A stretch of 51,494 nucleotides of DNA from a virus (IMGVR_UViG_3300043764_000051:1-51494); one strand, 5' to 3'; numbered from the stretch's first letter, positions 26,493 through 35,200 are shown. Notes: a model not told the origin generated them from the sequence alone. A program made the numbers and translations.

Positions 26493-26601
26493 GGGAGCGG
26501 GAATCTCCTGTGGTCGTGCGCCCCTGCTATTCGGTTGAGGGTTCTCCCAGGGCAGGGGCGCACTTGGGAGACCGAATCCGGTCAGCTTCACAGCTGATGG
26601 A

Positions 26602-26624
26602 AGGTTACTCCGATGGTCTGACAA
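26602..26624 (-). promoter_or_regulatory. PafBC/RecA-NDp-type DNA-damage promoter motif
   Basis: Minus strand tTGTCAG-accatcggag-TAACCT fits TGTCRG-N10-TAnnnT. Confidence 0.6.
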
Positions 26625-26671
26625 CGGCCTGCCTAAGAATGGGGTTGGGCCGCAAACACAATTTGTCGGTG

Positions 26672-28063
26672 TCAATTCACGTCGCGGGTCATGTCGACGA
26701 AGCGGCTGTAGTGCAGCTGACTGGCCACTGTGATCGTCGCCGTCGGCCCGTTCCTGTGCTTACCGACGATCAGGTCCGCCTCGCCGGACCGCGGTGAGTC
26801 CTTGTCGTAGGCGTCCTCACGGTGGATGAGGATGACCATGTCGGCGTCGTTCTCGATCGATCCGGATTCGCGCAGGTCGGACACCGCCGGCTTCTTGTCC
26901 TGCCGCTGCTCCGGCCCGCGGTTGAGCTGCGCCACGGCGATCACGGGAACGTTGAGCTCCTTCCCGAGGGTCTTCAACCCGCGGGAGATGTCGGACACTT
27001 CGAGCTGCCGGTTCTCCGCCTTGCCGCCGCCTGAGGACATGAGCTGCAGGTAGTCGACGATGACCAGGCCAAGCTGGTGCTTCTGCGCGAGCCGCCGGGC
27101 CTTGGTGCGGACGTCCATGCCGGTCAGGTTGTGCGAGGTGTCGATGAAGAGCGGGGCCTCGTTGACGTCTGCCGTCCGTCGGGCGACCCGGTCCCAGTCG
27201 TCGTCGGTCATATTCCCTGAGCGGATATGGTGCAACGCTACGCGGGCTTCGGCGGAGAACATCCTGTCGAGGATTTCAGAGCGACCCATCTCCAGCGAGA
27301 AGATCACCGTGGGCACGTTGTGGTGGATCGCGGCCGAGCGGGCGATGTCCAGGGACAGGGTCGACTTCCCGTGTCCGGGGCGTCCGGCGATCACGATCAT
27401 CTGCCCGGGGCGGAGGCCGCCGGTCAGTGCGTCCAGATCGGCGAAGCCGGTCGGGACGCCAACCAGCTTGCCCTGGTTGTCCTTCCGCTGCTCCATCTCG
27501 TCGAGGTGCTGCTCCGTGATGTCACCGACCCGGAGCATCTCCTCATCGGCGCGCTCCTCAGCGACGGTGAACAGCTCGGACTGCGCGGCGTCGACGAGTT
27601 CCGCGACGTTCCCTTCGCCCTTTCGGCCCATGTCGGCGATCCGCTCACCGGCCCCGATCAGGCGGCGAAGGACAGCCTGCTCGTGGACGTGCTCGGCGTA
27701 GTACTCGGGGTCGCCGTGGTGGCGGGCGACGTCGACGCAGGCGTGGACGTAGCTGGTGCCGCCGGCGCGGGCGAGGTCGCCGGTGCGGGTGAGTTCGGCG
27801 ACGACGGCGATCGGGTCGGTGGGCTCGCCGCGGGTGAACAGGCGGATGATCGCGAGGTGGATGGTTTCGTGGGCTGGGCGGTAGTAGTCGCGGGTGTGGA
27901 GGGCGGTGCAGACGTCGCCGACTTTGTCGCGGTCGAACATCATGCCGCCGAGGATGGCCTGTTCGGCGAGGAGGTCGTGGCGGGGGCTGGCCTCGATGTT
28001 GCCGGTGTGGGGCTCGGTGTCGTCGTGGTCGGTGGGCGGGTTCTCGACGAGGTACATGGTCAT
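26672..28063 (-). CDS. dnaB: replicative DNA helicase
   Basis: AEQAILG, PTGF.DLD, AGRPGHGKS, FSLEM, VDYLQL, QLNR, SDLRESGSIE, KHRNGPT. Confidence 0.97.
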   Translation of the reverse strand: MTMYLVENPPTDHDDTEPHTGNIEASPRHDLLAEQAILGGMMFDRDKVGDVCTALHTRDYYRPAHETIHLAIIRLFTRGEPTDPIAVVAELTRTGDLARAGGTSYVHACVDVARHHGDPEYYAEHVHEQAVLRRLIGAGERIADMGRKGEGNVAELVDAAQSELFTVAEERADEEMLRVGDITEQHLDEMEQRKDNQGKLVGVPTGFADLDALTGGLRPGQMIVIAGRPGHGKSTLSLDIARSAAIHHNVPTVIFSLEMGRSEILDRMFSAEARVALHHIRSGNMTDDDWDRVARRTADVNEAPLFIDTSHNLTGMDVRTKARRLAQKHQLGLVIVDYLQLMSSGGGKAENRQLEVSDISRGLKTLGKELNVPVIAVAQLNRGPEQRQDKKPAVSDLRESGSIENDADMVILIHREDAYDKDSPRSGEADLIVGKHRNGPTATITVASQLHYSRFVDMTRDVN

Positions 28064-28074
28064 GTGGTGGCTCC

Positions 28075-29025
28075 TCAGGCTGCGGCGGGCGCGGCGTGGT
28101 CGGGGTGGCAGGTGGGGCAGGGCTGGCCGTTGGCGTTGCCGTTGTGGGTGCGGAACCGCGGGTTGCGGGCGGCTGCGGGGTTCTGGTCGAGGCATGCGGT
28201 GCAGGCTGGCGGGATGCTGCTACGCGGGCCGTGAATGGCGGCGTACGGCAGCAGGTTCGGGATGCGGTCCTTCGCGATGACGGCGGGGTAGTTGTTGATC
28301 CCGCCGGGGTTGGTGCAGATCGCGGTGCCCAGGTGGTCGTCGATCGGCCAGCCGAGGCGGGCGGCGGTCTGGGCCAGCTGCGGTGCGATCCTGGCTGCGT
28401 CCTTCGGGCCGCAGGTCCATGGCGCCGGGAGGGACATGAGCAGCATCCGGGCGCGGTTGGTCTGTTCGTTGATCCCTCCTCCTCCGGTTGTGGCGGAGGA
28501 GGGTCCCGGGGAAGGAGCTGGCGCGGGGGGTGGTGGTTCTTCTGGTGAACTACTGGTGGTGTGGTCGGGTGAGCCGACCGATTGGGCTTCGAATCGGTCG
28601 GGTGAGCCGACTACCCCTGGTCGGGTGAGCCGACCGATTTCTGCGGCGGTTGGCCCCGGATCGGTCGGGTGAGCCGACTGATTCTCCGAGTCGATCGGTC
28701 GGGTGAGCCGACCAATCGGCACGCGCTCGTCCTTGCCCGGCCGGACGTGACCGACCGCCAGCGGAAGCCGATACACGGCGGCTCCGTACGGGCCCTTCTC
28801 TCCCGGAACCTGCTCCAGCTCGCCCAGGGCGTACAGCGCCGACAGGGCGTCCGTGACCGCCTCGCGGGTGCAGTTCGCGCGCTTCTGGAGGAACGACAGC
28901 GACCCGTAGGCCTTGCAGTCCGTGGGGTCGGGGATCGCCTTGTCAGCGAGTGCGAGGAGCAGCATCCGCGCGACGCCCTTGGCCTTGGACTTCTCCCACA
29001 CCCAGTCCATCGCGTCGAGGCTCAC
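28075..29025 (-). CDS. HTH replication initiator, module 2
   Basis: MSLDAMDWVW...RMLLLALAD N-terminal wHTH; internal iterons; upstream of dnaB. Confidence 0.8.
   Translation of the reverse strand: MSLDAMDWVWEKSKAKGVARMLLLALADKAIPDPTDCKAYGSLSFLQKRANCTREAVTDALSALYALGELEQVPGEKGPYGAAVYRLPLAVGHVRPGKDERVPIGRLTRPIDSENQSAHPTDPGPTAAEIGRLTRPGVVGSPDRFEAQSVGSPDHTTSSSPEEPPPPAPAPSPGPSSATTGGGGINEQTNRARMLLMSLPAPWTCGPKDAARIAPQLAQTAARLGWPIDDHLGTAICTNPGGINNYPAVIAKDRIPNLLPYAAIHGPRSSIPPACTACLDQNPAAARNPRFRTHNGNANGQPCPTCHPDHAAPAAA
28563..28712. repeat. five identical 16-bp iterons GGTCGGGTGAGCCGAC (putative origin)
   Basis: Copies at 28563, 28596, 28619, 28663, 28697. Confidence 0.88.
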
Positions 29026-29131
29026 AGGCTCACCGCCTGGTGCAGGGCGCGGTTGTGCAGGTACACGTCGTCTCCAGCTGGACGCGGGGTGAATGGGGGC
29101 TGCGCCCGGGTGTCGGGCGCAGCGGGGTGGT

Positions 29132-29326
29132 TCAGTGGCCGGCGGGCGGCGTGTCCGGGACCTTCGGTGGCGTGCCGGAGACGGAGTGCGTGCCGGGCTG
29201 GCCGTTGGCGCCGGGGTGGTAGTGCCGCTGGACATTCGTGAAGCCCAGGTCCTCGGCGTGCTCCGCGGCCCGAACGGTCCGCGTCGCGGCGTCGTGGCTG
29301 CTGTTGGAGATCCGGAAGATGCTCAC
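29132..29326 (-). CDS. small hypothetical protein
   Basis: GTGA-coupled. Confidence 0.45.
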   Translation of the reverse strand: MSIFRISNSSHDAATRTVRAAEHAEDLGFTNVQRHYHPGANGQPGTHSVSGTPPKVPDTPPAGH

Positions 29327-29541
29327 CAGGCACCTGCCGGGGTGACGTCACGCAGCGGGCCGAACAGGGCGGTCAGCAGCGCCCACACGGAGGCGCGGGT
29401 CTCGACGGCCGGGTTGTACGCGGCGACGATGCCCTCGGGGATGTGGCAGATCTCGACGGGGTGCTTGGCGTCGGGCGGGAGGACGGCGGCCAGGGCCGCA
29501 AGAGTGGCCGGTCGGTCGTCAACGGCGGGGATTGCTGCCAT
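29323..29541 (-). CDS. small hypothetical protein
   Basis: GGAG RBS. Confidence 0.5.
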   Translation of the reverse strand: MAAIPAVDDRPATLAALAAVLPPDAKHPVEICHIPEGIVAAYNPAVETRASVWALLTALFGPLRDVTPAGAW

Positions 29542-29606
29542 GATGGTGTCTCCGATCTGTGCACGCTCCGGTTACCAGGCCTGATGGCGCGCACTGTGAG
29601 GTTCGT

Positions 29607-29629
29607 CGGCCCCGCGTTTTGCGGGGCCG
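29607..29629 (-). terminator. hairpin downstream of endonuclease VII gene
   Basis: CGGCCCCGC-GTTTT-GCGGGGCCG. Confidence 0.6.
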
Positions 29630-29644
29630 TTCGTCGTTGGAGTG

Positions 29645-30202
29645 CTACTCCGGCTGTAGACGCTTGGGCGTCCTGGTCATCTCACTCAGCCGCTTGGCGA
29701 GCACCGCGAACCCCTGAGGGCTCATCCGTTCGCGGAGGATCTGGGCGATCTCATAGGGGCTGCCGAGGCTCAGCAGGATGTCGTCTGCGCTTGTGCAGGT
29801 TGCCGCCGTACGAGCCCGTCGGTAGTACGCCATGTCAGCGCGGATGCGGTCATGGTTCGCGCGTACCTGAGGCGGAAGCGGGTCGGTCTGTAGATCCCGA
29901 GCGAACCAGGCCCGCCGGAAGTACGGCCGGAACCACCCGCCTGGGTTGCGGCACTTCATTCCCGGGAAGGTCATCAGCTTTTCGAACGCGCCGATGTAGA
30001 GGTTGCAACGGGTGCAGACCAGGCCTCTCACTGCGGCCATGCCGTAGCGGTGATCGTGATCGATAACCAGCTTGGATGCGTCCGTTCCGCAGAGCTCGCA
30101 GCGCCCTTCGGCTCTGGCCCAGAGGGCCTCGAACTCCTCGCACGTGAGCGAGTAGTTGCGATGCACCGCGCATCGGATCTTTGGGCGGTGCTTGTGGACC
30201 AT
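29645..30202 (-). CDS. endonuclease VII domain protein
   Basis: YSLTCEEFEAL...CELCG...LVIDHDH...VRGLVCTRCN; start uncertain. Confidence 0.85.
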   Translation of the reverse strand: MVHKHRPKIRCAVHRNYSLTCEEFEALWARAEGRCELCGTDASKLVIDHDHRYGMAAVRGLVCTRCNLYIGAFEKLMTFPGMKCRNPGGWFRPYFRRAWFARDLQTDPLPPQVRANHDRIRADMAYYRRARTAATCTSADDILLSLGSPYEIAQILRERMSPQGFAVLAKRLSEMTRTPKRLQPE

Positions 30203-30394
30203 GGCGACCCCGATTCGAGGGTAGAGTTGCCGCCCGATGGCGACATATCCTGTACTGATTCTCTCACCTATACAGAACAAGTCAAGTCGCCCGAGTTCTC
30301 AGAGTTCGCAGCGCGCCGGAACCCCCTCTAACCTGGAGCTTGACCTGTACGAGTACCGTTGAGATGTCCAGAGAAGTAGCCCAGGAGAGCCCCG

Positions 30395-31153
30395 TTGACC
30401 GAGAACCAGCCCGAGAAGCCGACTCGCTACAAGGTCGTGGCTGACGAGCTCCGGGCTGCCATCACGGCCGGCACCTACCCGCCTGGTGCAAAGCTCCCCA
30501 GCGAGACCGATCTGATGTCGCAGCACGACATCTCCCGCGGAACCGCGCGTGAAGCGCTCGGTCTTCTCCGCGCGGAAGGACTCGTCGAGTCTCGGCGCGG
30601 ATCCGGCGTCTACGTCCGGAACTTCACCCGCATCCCCCGCAACGCCACCAAGCGGCTCTCCTCGTCCGTTTGGGGCGTCGGCCGATCAATCTGGGGCGTT
30701 GACCTCGAAGAACGCCCACTGGCGGTCATCAACCTGGTCGTCGAAGAGGTCGTTCCCGAAGCGCGCATCGCGGCCTGCTTTGGTCTCACGGCCGGCGAGA
30801 AGGTCTGGAAGCGCGACCGTGATTTCGTTGCCGAGGGGCGCGCCGTGCAGCGCGCCACCTCCTACATCCCGTCAACCCTGGCGGCCGGCACCGACATCAC
30901 CCGGCGGGAGGCCGGCCCAGGAGGGACCTTCGCGCGCCTCGCCGAGGTTGGCCACGCGCCAGTCAGGTTCCGGGAAGAGCTTCAGTGCCGGATGCCTCTC
31001 GAAGAGGAGATCACCCGGCTCCGCCTCGGGGCTGGCACCCCAGTGATCCTCATCGCCCGGACGGCGTTCGATGCCAACGAACAGCCTGTTGAGGTGACAG
31101 AGATGGTTCTCGACTCCAGCAGCTACCTCTTGCAGTACGACTTCACTGCCTGA
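30395..31153 (+). CDS. GntR/HutC-family (UTRA) repressor, KorSA-like
   Basis: RYKVVADELRAAI..G.YPPGAKLPSE...RGSGVYV; C-terminal UTRA PVEVTEMVL. Confidence 0.93.
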   Translation: MTENQPEKPTRYKVVADELRAAITAGTYPPGAKLPSETDLMSQHDISRGTAREALGLLRAEGLVESRRGSGVYVRNFTRIPRNATKRLSSSVWGVGRSIWGVDLEERPLAVINLVVEEVVPEARIAACFGLTAGEKVWKRDRDFVAEGRAVQRATSYIPSTLAAGTDITRREAGPGGTFARLAEVGHAPVRFREELQCRMPLEEEITRLRLGAGTPVILIARTAFDANEQPVEVTEMVLDSSSYLLQYDFTA

Positions 31154-31291
31154 CGGCTCGTCGCTGGCTACGACTGCGGCCGGATCACGGTCGCCCTTGT
31201 CGCGGTGATACACCCCGACAGGCTGCGCCACCTCGTCACGGTCTGGTCACACGGTCAACACTCGGCCCTGGGCTCTGCCACGCTGGCCGGC

Positions 31292-31738
31292 ATGCGTAGA
31301 GCCCTCGCCGCCGCAGCCCTTGCCCTGCTCGCCGCCGCCTGCTCCAGCGCCCCAGCCAGCGCACCCGACCAGATCGGCGACTGGAGCAAGCACGGCGGCC
31401 AGGCCCACCTTCAAGCAATTCTCGACGACAACCAGGCCATCGGCGGCGACACCGGCAACAACGCCGCGTTCACCGCAGACTGCACCCGCCTGCGCGACCA
31501 CGTCCAAGCCGCACGCGCCTATAAGCCCGTCCCCGACTCGGAAGCGCAACGGCATTGGGCCGCGGCCCTCGATGACGCGGCCGCCTCGGCGCAGGCCTGC
31601 CTCACTGCGGCCGGCGGCAACAGTTCCGACGGCTGGAGCCAGGCCGCAGCATCCGCGACGGCGGCCCAGACGGAGCTGAAAGCGATGATCGACCGGATCG
31701 CCGCCATCAACAGCGGCAGCCAGCAGTCCGACAGCTGA
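31292..31738 (+). CDS. lipoprotein
   Basis: MRRALAAAALALLAAAC lipobox. Confidence 0.75.
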   Translation: MRRALAAAALALLAAACSSAPASAPDQIGDWSKHGGQAHLQAILDDNQAIGGDTGNNAAFTADCTRLRDHVQAARAYKPVPDSEAQRHWAAALDDAAASAQACLTAAGGNSSDGWSQAAASATAAQTELKAMIDRIAAINSGSQQSDS

Positions 31739-31752
31739 CCAGGGAGCCCGCC

Positions 31753-32205
31753 GTGACCGTCACCGCCGCTAGCCGCATCGCCGCCGTCACCTTCGACGGC
31801 CACACCATCACCATCAACCGGCCCAAGTCCGGCTTCGTCGACCGCGGCACCCGCACCATCCCCATCGCCCAGGTCACCGCCGTCCAGTTCAAGCCCGCCG
31901 GCATGATGACCGGCGGCTACATCCGCTTCGTCATCCCCGGCACGCTCGAGCACCGCGGGCACCGCACCGGGGCGTTGCAGACCGACGTACTGAAGGACGA
32001 GAACGCGGTACCGTTCGGCGGCAAGCAGCAGGCCCAGTTCGAGGCGCTGAAGGATGCGGTCGAGAACGCCATCGCCGGCCGCGGCCCTGCTGGCCCTGCG
32101 GCGTCGGTGGCCGACGAACTCGCCAAGCTCCACGGCCTCGTGCGGTCCGGCGTGCTCACTTCGGCCGAGTTCGAGCAGGCCAAAGCCCAACTCCTGGGCC
32201 GCTGA
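31753..32205 (+). CDS. DUF4429-like / SHOCT domain protein
   Basis: IPIAQVTAVQFKPAG..GYI.F...DENAV.F; ADELAKL..L..SGVLT.AEFEQAK. Confidence 0.85.
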   Translation: MTVTAASRIAAVTFDGHTITINRPKSGFVDRGTRTIPIAQVTAVQFKPAGMMTGGYIRFVIPGTLEHRGHRTGALQTDVLKDENAVPFGGKQQAQFEALKDAVENAIAGRGPAGPAASVADELAKLHGLVRSGVLTSAEFEQAKAQLLGR

Positions 32206-32222
32206 CCCGCACCCGACCCCAG

Positions 32223-32252
32223 GAAGCCCCGCCCATTACCAGGCGGGGCTTC
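32223..32252 (+). terminator. intrinsic terminator
   Basis: GAAGCCCCGCC-cattacca-GGCGGGGCTTC followed by TTC. Confidence 0.7.
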
Positions 32253-32392
32253 TTCACGCCCCGGCACTACCACAGCACCCCAGCCCCGAGCCGACACGCC
32301 TGCCAGCCAAATGGGCCATCATGGGCTCATAGCACTTGCGGCAACCCGACCCGGCAACCAACCGGACTCGATTCCGTAACGCCGAGACATCC

Positions 32393-33406
32393 ATGACACC
32401 CCGTCACCCGGAGGCGCCCGTGCACGTCACCACCCTCCCTCTCGACCGCATCTCCGTCGGATCCCGTGCCCGACGCGAGATGCGGAACATCGACTCCCTC
32501 GCCAAGTCCATCGAGGACCGCGGCCTGCTCCAGCCGATCGTGGTCCGCCCCGACGGCGTCGGCTATGCACTCGTTGCCGGGGGCCGGCGCATCGAGGCAC
32601 ACCGCAAACTCGGGCGCGCCCAGATCGACGCTCACATCGCCGATTCCCTCGCCGACGAACTGGAGGCGCTGCTCGCCGAGGGTGAAGAGAACACCGAACG
32701 GGAGCCGTTCACGCCCACGGAAGCCGTTGAGCACGCCGAGCGGATCCGTGCGATAGAGGAGCAGCGAGCGGCGGAGCGGCGGCGTGAAGCCGCCCGCCGA
32801 GCCGCAGCCGAATCGGCCCGCGTCCGATCCACAGTTGACCCGACGGCTCCGACGCTGATGTTCGTGGAGCCCGCCCCGGCGCCTGAGCCTGTGGGAAATT
32901 TTCCCGCAGGCTCACCCGTGCCGAAGCCGGCGTCGGGGCGTACGCGCGATCAGGTCGCAAAGGCGACAGGCATGTCTGGCCGCACCTTGGAGAAGGCGCG
33001 CCATGTCGTCCAGGCCGCCGTCGACCCGAAGGCGCCCGAGCCGGTCCGCCAAGCCGCCCGCGAGGCGCAGCAGGCGATGGATCGCACCGGGAAGGTCGAT
33101 CCGGCGTTCAGAAAGGTCCGCGAAGCCGAGGTCGAGGCACTCGTCGCGCCCGTCCGCGACCAGCTGGAGGCATCCGGCGCGGCCGAGGAGGTCCGCCGCA
33201 AGCAGTGGCAGCACAGCTTCCAGAAGGAACTGTCCAAGGCGTTCGGCCTGATCGGCATGTTCCGCCCGGAGCAGGTCGCCGCCGGCGCCGATGAGGCCCA
33301 GATGAGGGAACTGCGCGACTTGGCCGCGTCCGTGGCCGAGTACGTCGCTCGGATCGAGGCTCTGCGGGAGCGCCCGCAGGGTCTGTCACTAGTAGTGGGA
33401 GGTTGA
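32393..33406 (+). CDS. ParB N-terminal domain protein with HTH
   Basis: LAKSIEDRGLLQPIVV...LVAGGRRIEA...EENTER; TRDQVAKATGMSGRT. Confidence 0.85.
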   Translation: MTPRHPEAPVHVTTLPLDRISVGSRARREMRNIDSLAKSIEDRGLLQPIVVRPDGVGYALVAGGRRIEAHRKLGRAQIDAHIADSLADELEALLAEGEENTEREPFTPTEAVEHAERIRAIEEQRAAERRREAARRAAAESARVRSTVDPTAPTLMFVEPAPAPEPVGNFPAGSPVPKPASGRTRDQVAKATGMSGRTLEKARHVVQAAVDPKAPEPVRQAAREAQQAMDRTGKVDPAFRKVREAEVEALVAPVRDQLEASGAAEEVRRKQWQHSFQKELSKAFGLIGMFRPEQVAAGADEAQMRELRDLAASVAEYVARIEALRERPQGLSLVVGG

Positions 33407-33407
33407 T

Positions 33408-33941
33408 GTGCGGAAGGCCGGATGGGCCCCGAAGTGGACCGACGAGTACGCGGAGATGATGGAGGAGGTGATCGCCGAGAGTCCCGACTCCGCAGAGCGG
33501 ATCGCAGCGTTCCTCGAAAAGCTGCATGACGCCGTACAGGCTCACCGTCAGTGGGCCATCCTGCTCGACTCCGACATCCGGCGGCGCGGCGCAGGCTCAG
33601 AGGTGTCCTCTTACGCGAAGAGCCGCGTCCCGCGACTTCCGGTGGCGTACGACGGCCGGGTCCTCACGCAGGACGCAATCGCCGGGTTCAAGCGCACCCG
33701 GGCAGGCGGCGAGAAGTGGGTCGCGCAGGAGCTCGTATCGATGGTCCCGTGGGACGAGCTGAAGGCGAAGCGCGCTGAGCAGCTTGCGATGGAGCACGCG
33801 TACGGCGCGAAGGTGGCCATGTACGACAAGCTGCTGGCGCTGCGCGACCTGGCGCCCGAGGCTGCCAATCCTTCAGAGGCGTGCACGGTTCTCGGCATGT
33901 CGCTCGATGACTACTTGGGCGGCGAGGCGCTGGCGGCCTGA
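33408..33941 (+). CDS. hypothetical protein, ParB partner
   Basis: GGAGG RBS, directly after ParB stop. Confidence 0.7.
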   Translation: MRKAGWAPKWTDEYAEMMEEVIAESPDSAERIAAFLEKLHDAVQAHRQWAILLDSDIRRRGAGSEVSSYAKSRVPRLPVAYDGRVLTQDAIAGFKRTRAGGEKWVAQELVSMVPWDELKAKRAEQLAMEHAYGAKVAMYDKLLALRDLAPEAANPSEACTVLGMSLDDYLGGEALAA

Positions 33942-33951
33942 AGCCGTTACG

Positions 33952-33988
33952 ACTGCGCCCCACCCAGGCGAATTGGGTGGGGCGCAGT
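33952..33988. terminator. 15-bp perfect hairpin between convergent genes
   Basis: ACTGCGCCCCACCCA...TGGGTGGGGCGCAGT. Confidence 0.75.
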
Positions 33989-34148
33989 TGCCTGTTGAGC
34001 TACAGCGGCTGGGCCGGCTTACCCACTCCCGAGCACGCTGACGTCTGTCCGGGCGCCCGGTGCTGAACGGCCGGCCTTCCCGGCGGCGATCCGATCGCCT
34101 GCCCGCACGCCGGACACTTCCCCTGCGGAGCCATACCGTCCCCTTCCG

Positions 34149-34646
34149 CTACACGGTCGCGGTCACCTCATACCAGCGACCACGCGGCGCATCCTGTCCA
34201 GCACGTACCGTCGCCAAACAGTTGACGAACGCCTTTGACGTGTCGTGGAAGTCCACGCGGATCCCGAATGGAATCGCGCGAGCCTCCTCGCTGGCGGAGA
34301 ACGGGTGCACAGCCTTGATCTCGGCGTGCTCGTCCAATGCGATGAGCTGCGCCGCGAGGGCCTGCTCAAGGTAGGACATCGACACCGCCCCGGCCGGCTG
34401 CTCCGGCATCGCAAGCTGGCCCGGCCGGTCCCCGGACACCGGCGCGTCCTCCGGCTGTGTGTACCGGTCCCCGGGGCGGGACTGCACGGTGAACGACCAC
34501 CACACCTGCGCACCGTCCGCCAGGTGCGCGGCGACGCCGTACGGGTGCTCCGTGTGGCCGGCATCGGCCAGCGTCTTGACGCCGTCGACTGCCGGGATGT
34601 GGCGGTTGGCTTCCGCGAGCATCTGCTCGAAGCGGTCAGGGCGCAT
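34149..34646 (-). CDS. hypothetical Streptomyces mobile-element protein
   Basis: GAAGGA RBS; MRPDRFEQML...PFGIRVDFHD. Confidence 0.65.
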   Translation of the reverse strand: MRPDRFEQMLAEANRHIPAVDGVKTLADAGHTEHPYGVAAHLADGAQVWWSFTVQSRPGDRYTQPEDAPVSGDRPGQLAMPEQPAGAVSMSYLEQALAAQLIALDEHAEIKAVHPFSASEEARAIPFGIRVDFHDTSKAFVNCLATVRAGQDAPRGRWYEVTATV

Positions 34647-34878
34647 CAGACGTGTCCTTCGATGGCGAGGCGAGGGCGGCAGCCCGGGTGGCGACGGGCA
34701 AGGGTCCACGGTACAGGGCTGGCCTTCAGTGACTCGGGAGGACCCGAGAGATCGGGGCCAGCACTCGTTGATGCTAACCCAGAGAAGTAGACATATACAG
34801 ATAGCTCGGCTAACTTGTTCAGTATAAGCTCTCGGGATTGAGGAGAGCACCCCACCACTGCCATGCCCTGGAGCAGCC

Positions 34879-35097
34879 ATGTCTCATGACCGCCCGGCCA
34901 CCGACGACGTGGCCCCTCCGGAGCGGATGTTGACCGCCAAGGAAGTTGCCGCGCGGCTCCGCGTCCACGTGTCGACCGTCTACCGACTCCGGGACGACCT
35001 CGCCGCCCAGAAGTTCGGCAAGGGCAAGAAGCGCGCCCGAGGCTTCCGCGTGCCGGAGTCGAAGGTCGACGAACTTCTGCAGCCCAAGGCCGCCTAG
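34879..35097 (+). CDS. excisionase-like HTH (HTH_17) protein
   Basis: MLTAKEVAARLRVHVSTVYR...FRVPES. Confidence 0.85.
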   Translation: MSHDRPATDDVAPPERMLTAKEVAARLRVHVSTVYRLRDDLAAQKFGKGKKRARGFRVPESKVDELLQPKAA

Positions 35098-35200
35098 TCC
35101 GAGAGGAGTTCACCGTCATGCCCGACCACCAGATCAACAACGGCAACCGCGACCACAACCCCTCGCCGCCCCCTCCCCCGCAGCCCGCCGGCGGCAACGA

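Noticed and set aside
24513-26597. 694-aa + strand ORF and other long antisense ORFs (8988-10796, 15032-16465, 6877-8289)
   Set aside because: Shadow ORFs of high-GC genes on the opposite strand, with no motifs or RBS.
26493-26675. 61-aa N-terminal extension of the HNH-helicase in the ORF track
   Set aside because: The region holds a promoter motif, RNA stems and an AGGAG RBS before ATG 26492.
28563-28712. CRISPR-like palindromic repeats
   Set aside because: Repeats are 16 bp with 7-28 bp gaps, lie inside a coding gene, and no cas genes are present; iterons fit better.
34879-35097. Evidence of an integration module
   Set aside because: Only an Xis-like HTH is present; no recombinase, tRNA or att core was seen, so integrated versus plasmid state cannot be determined.
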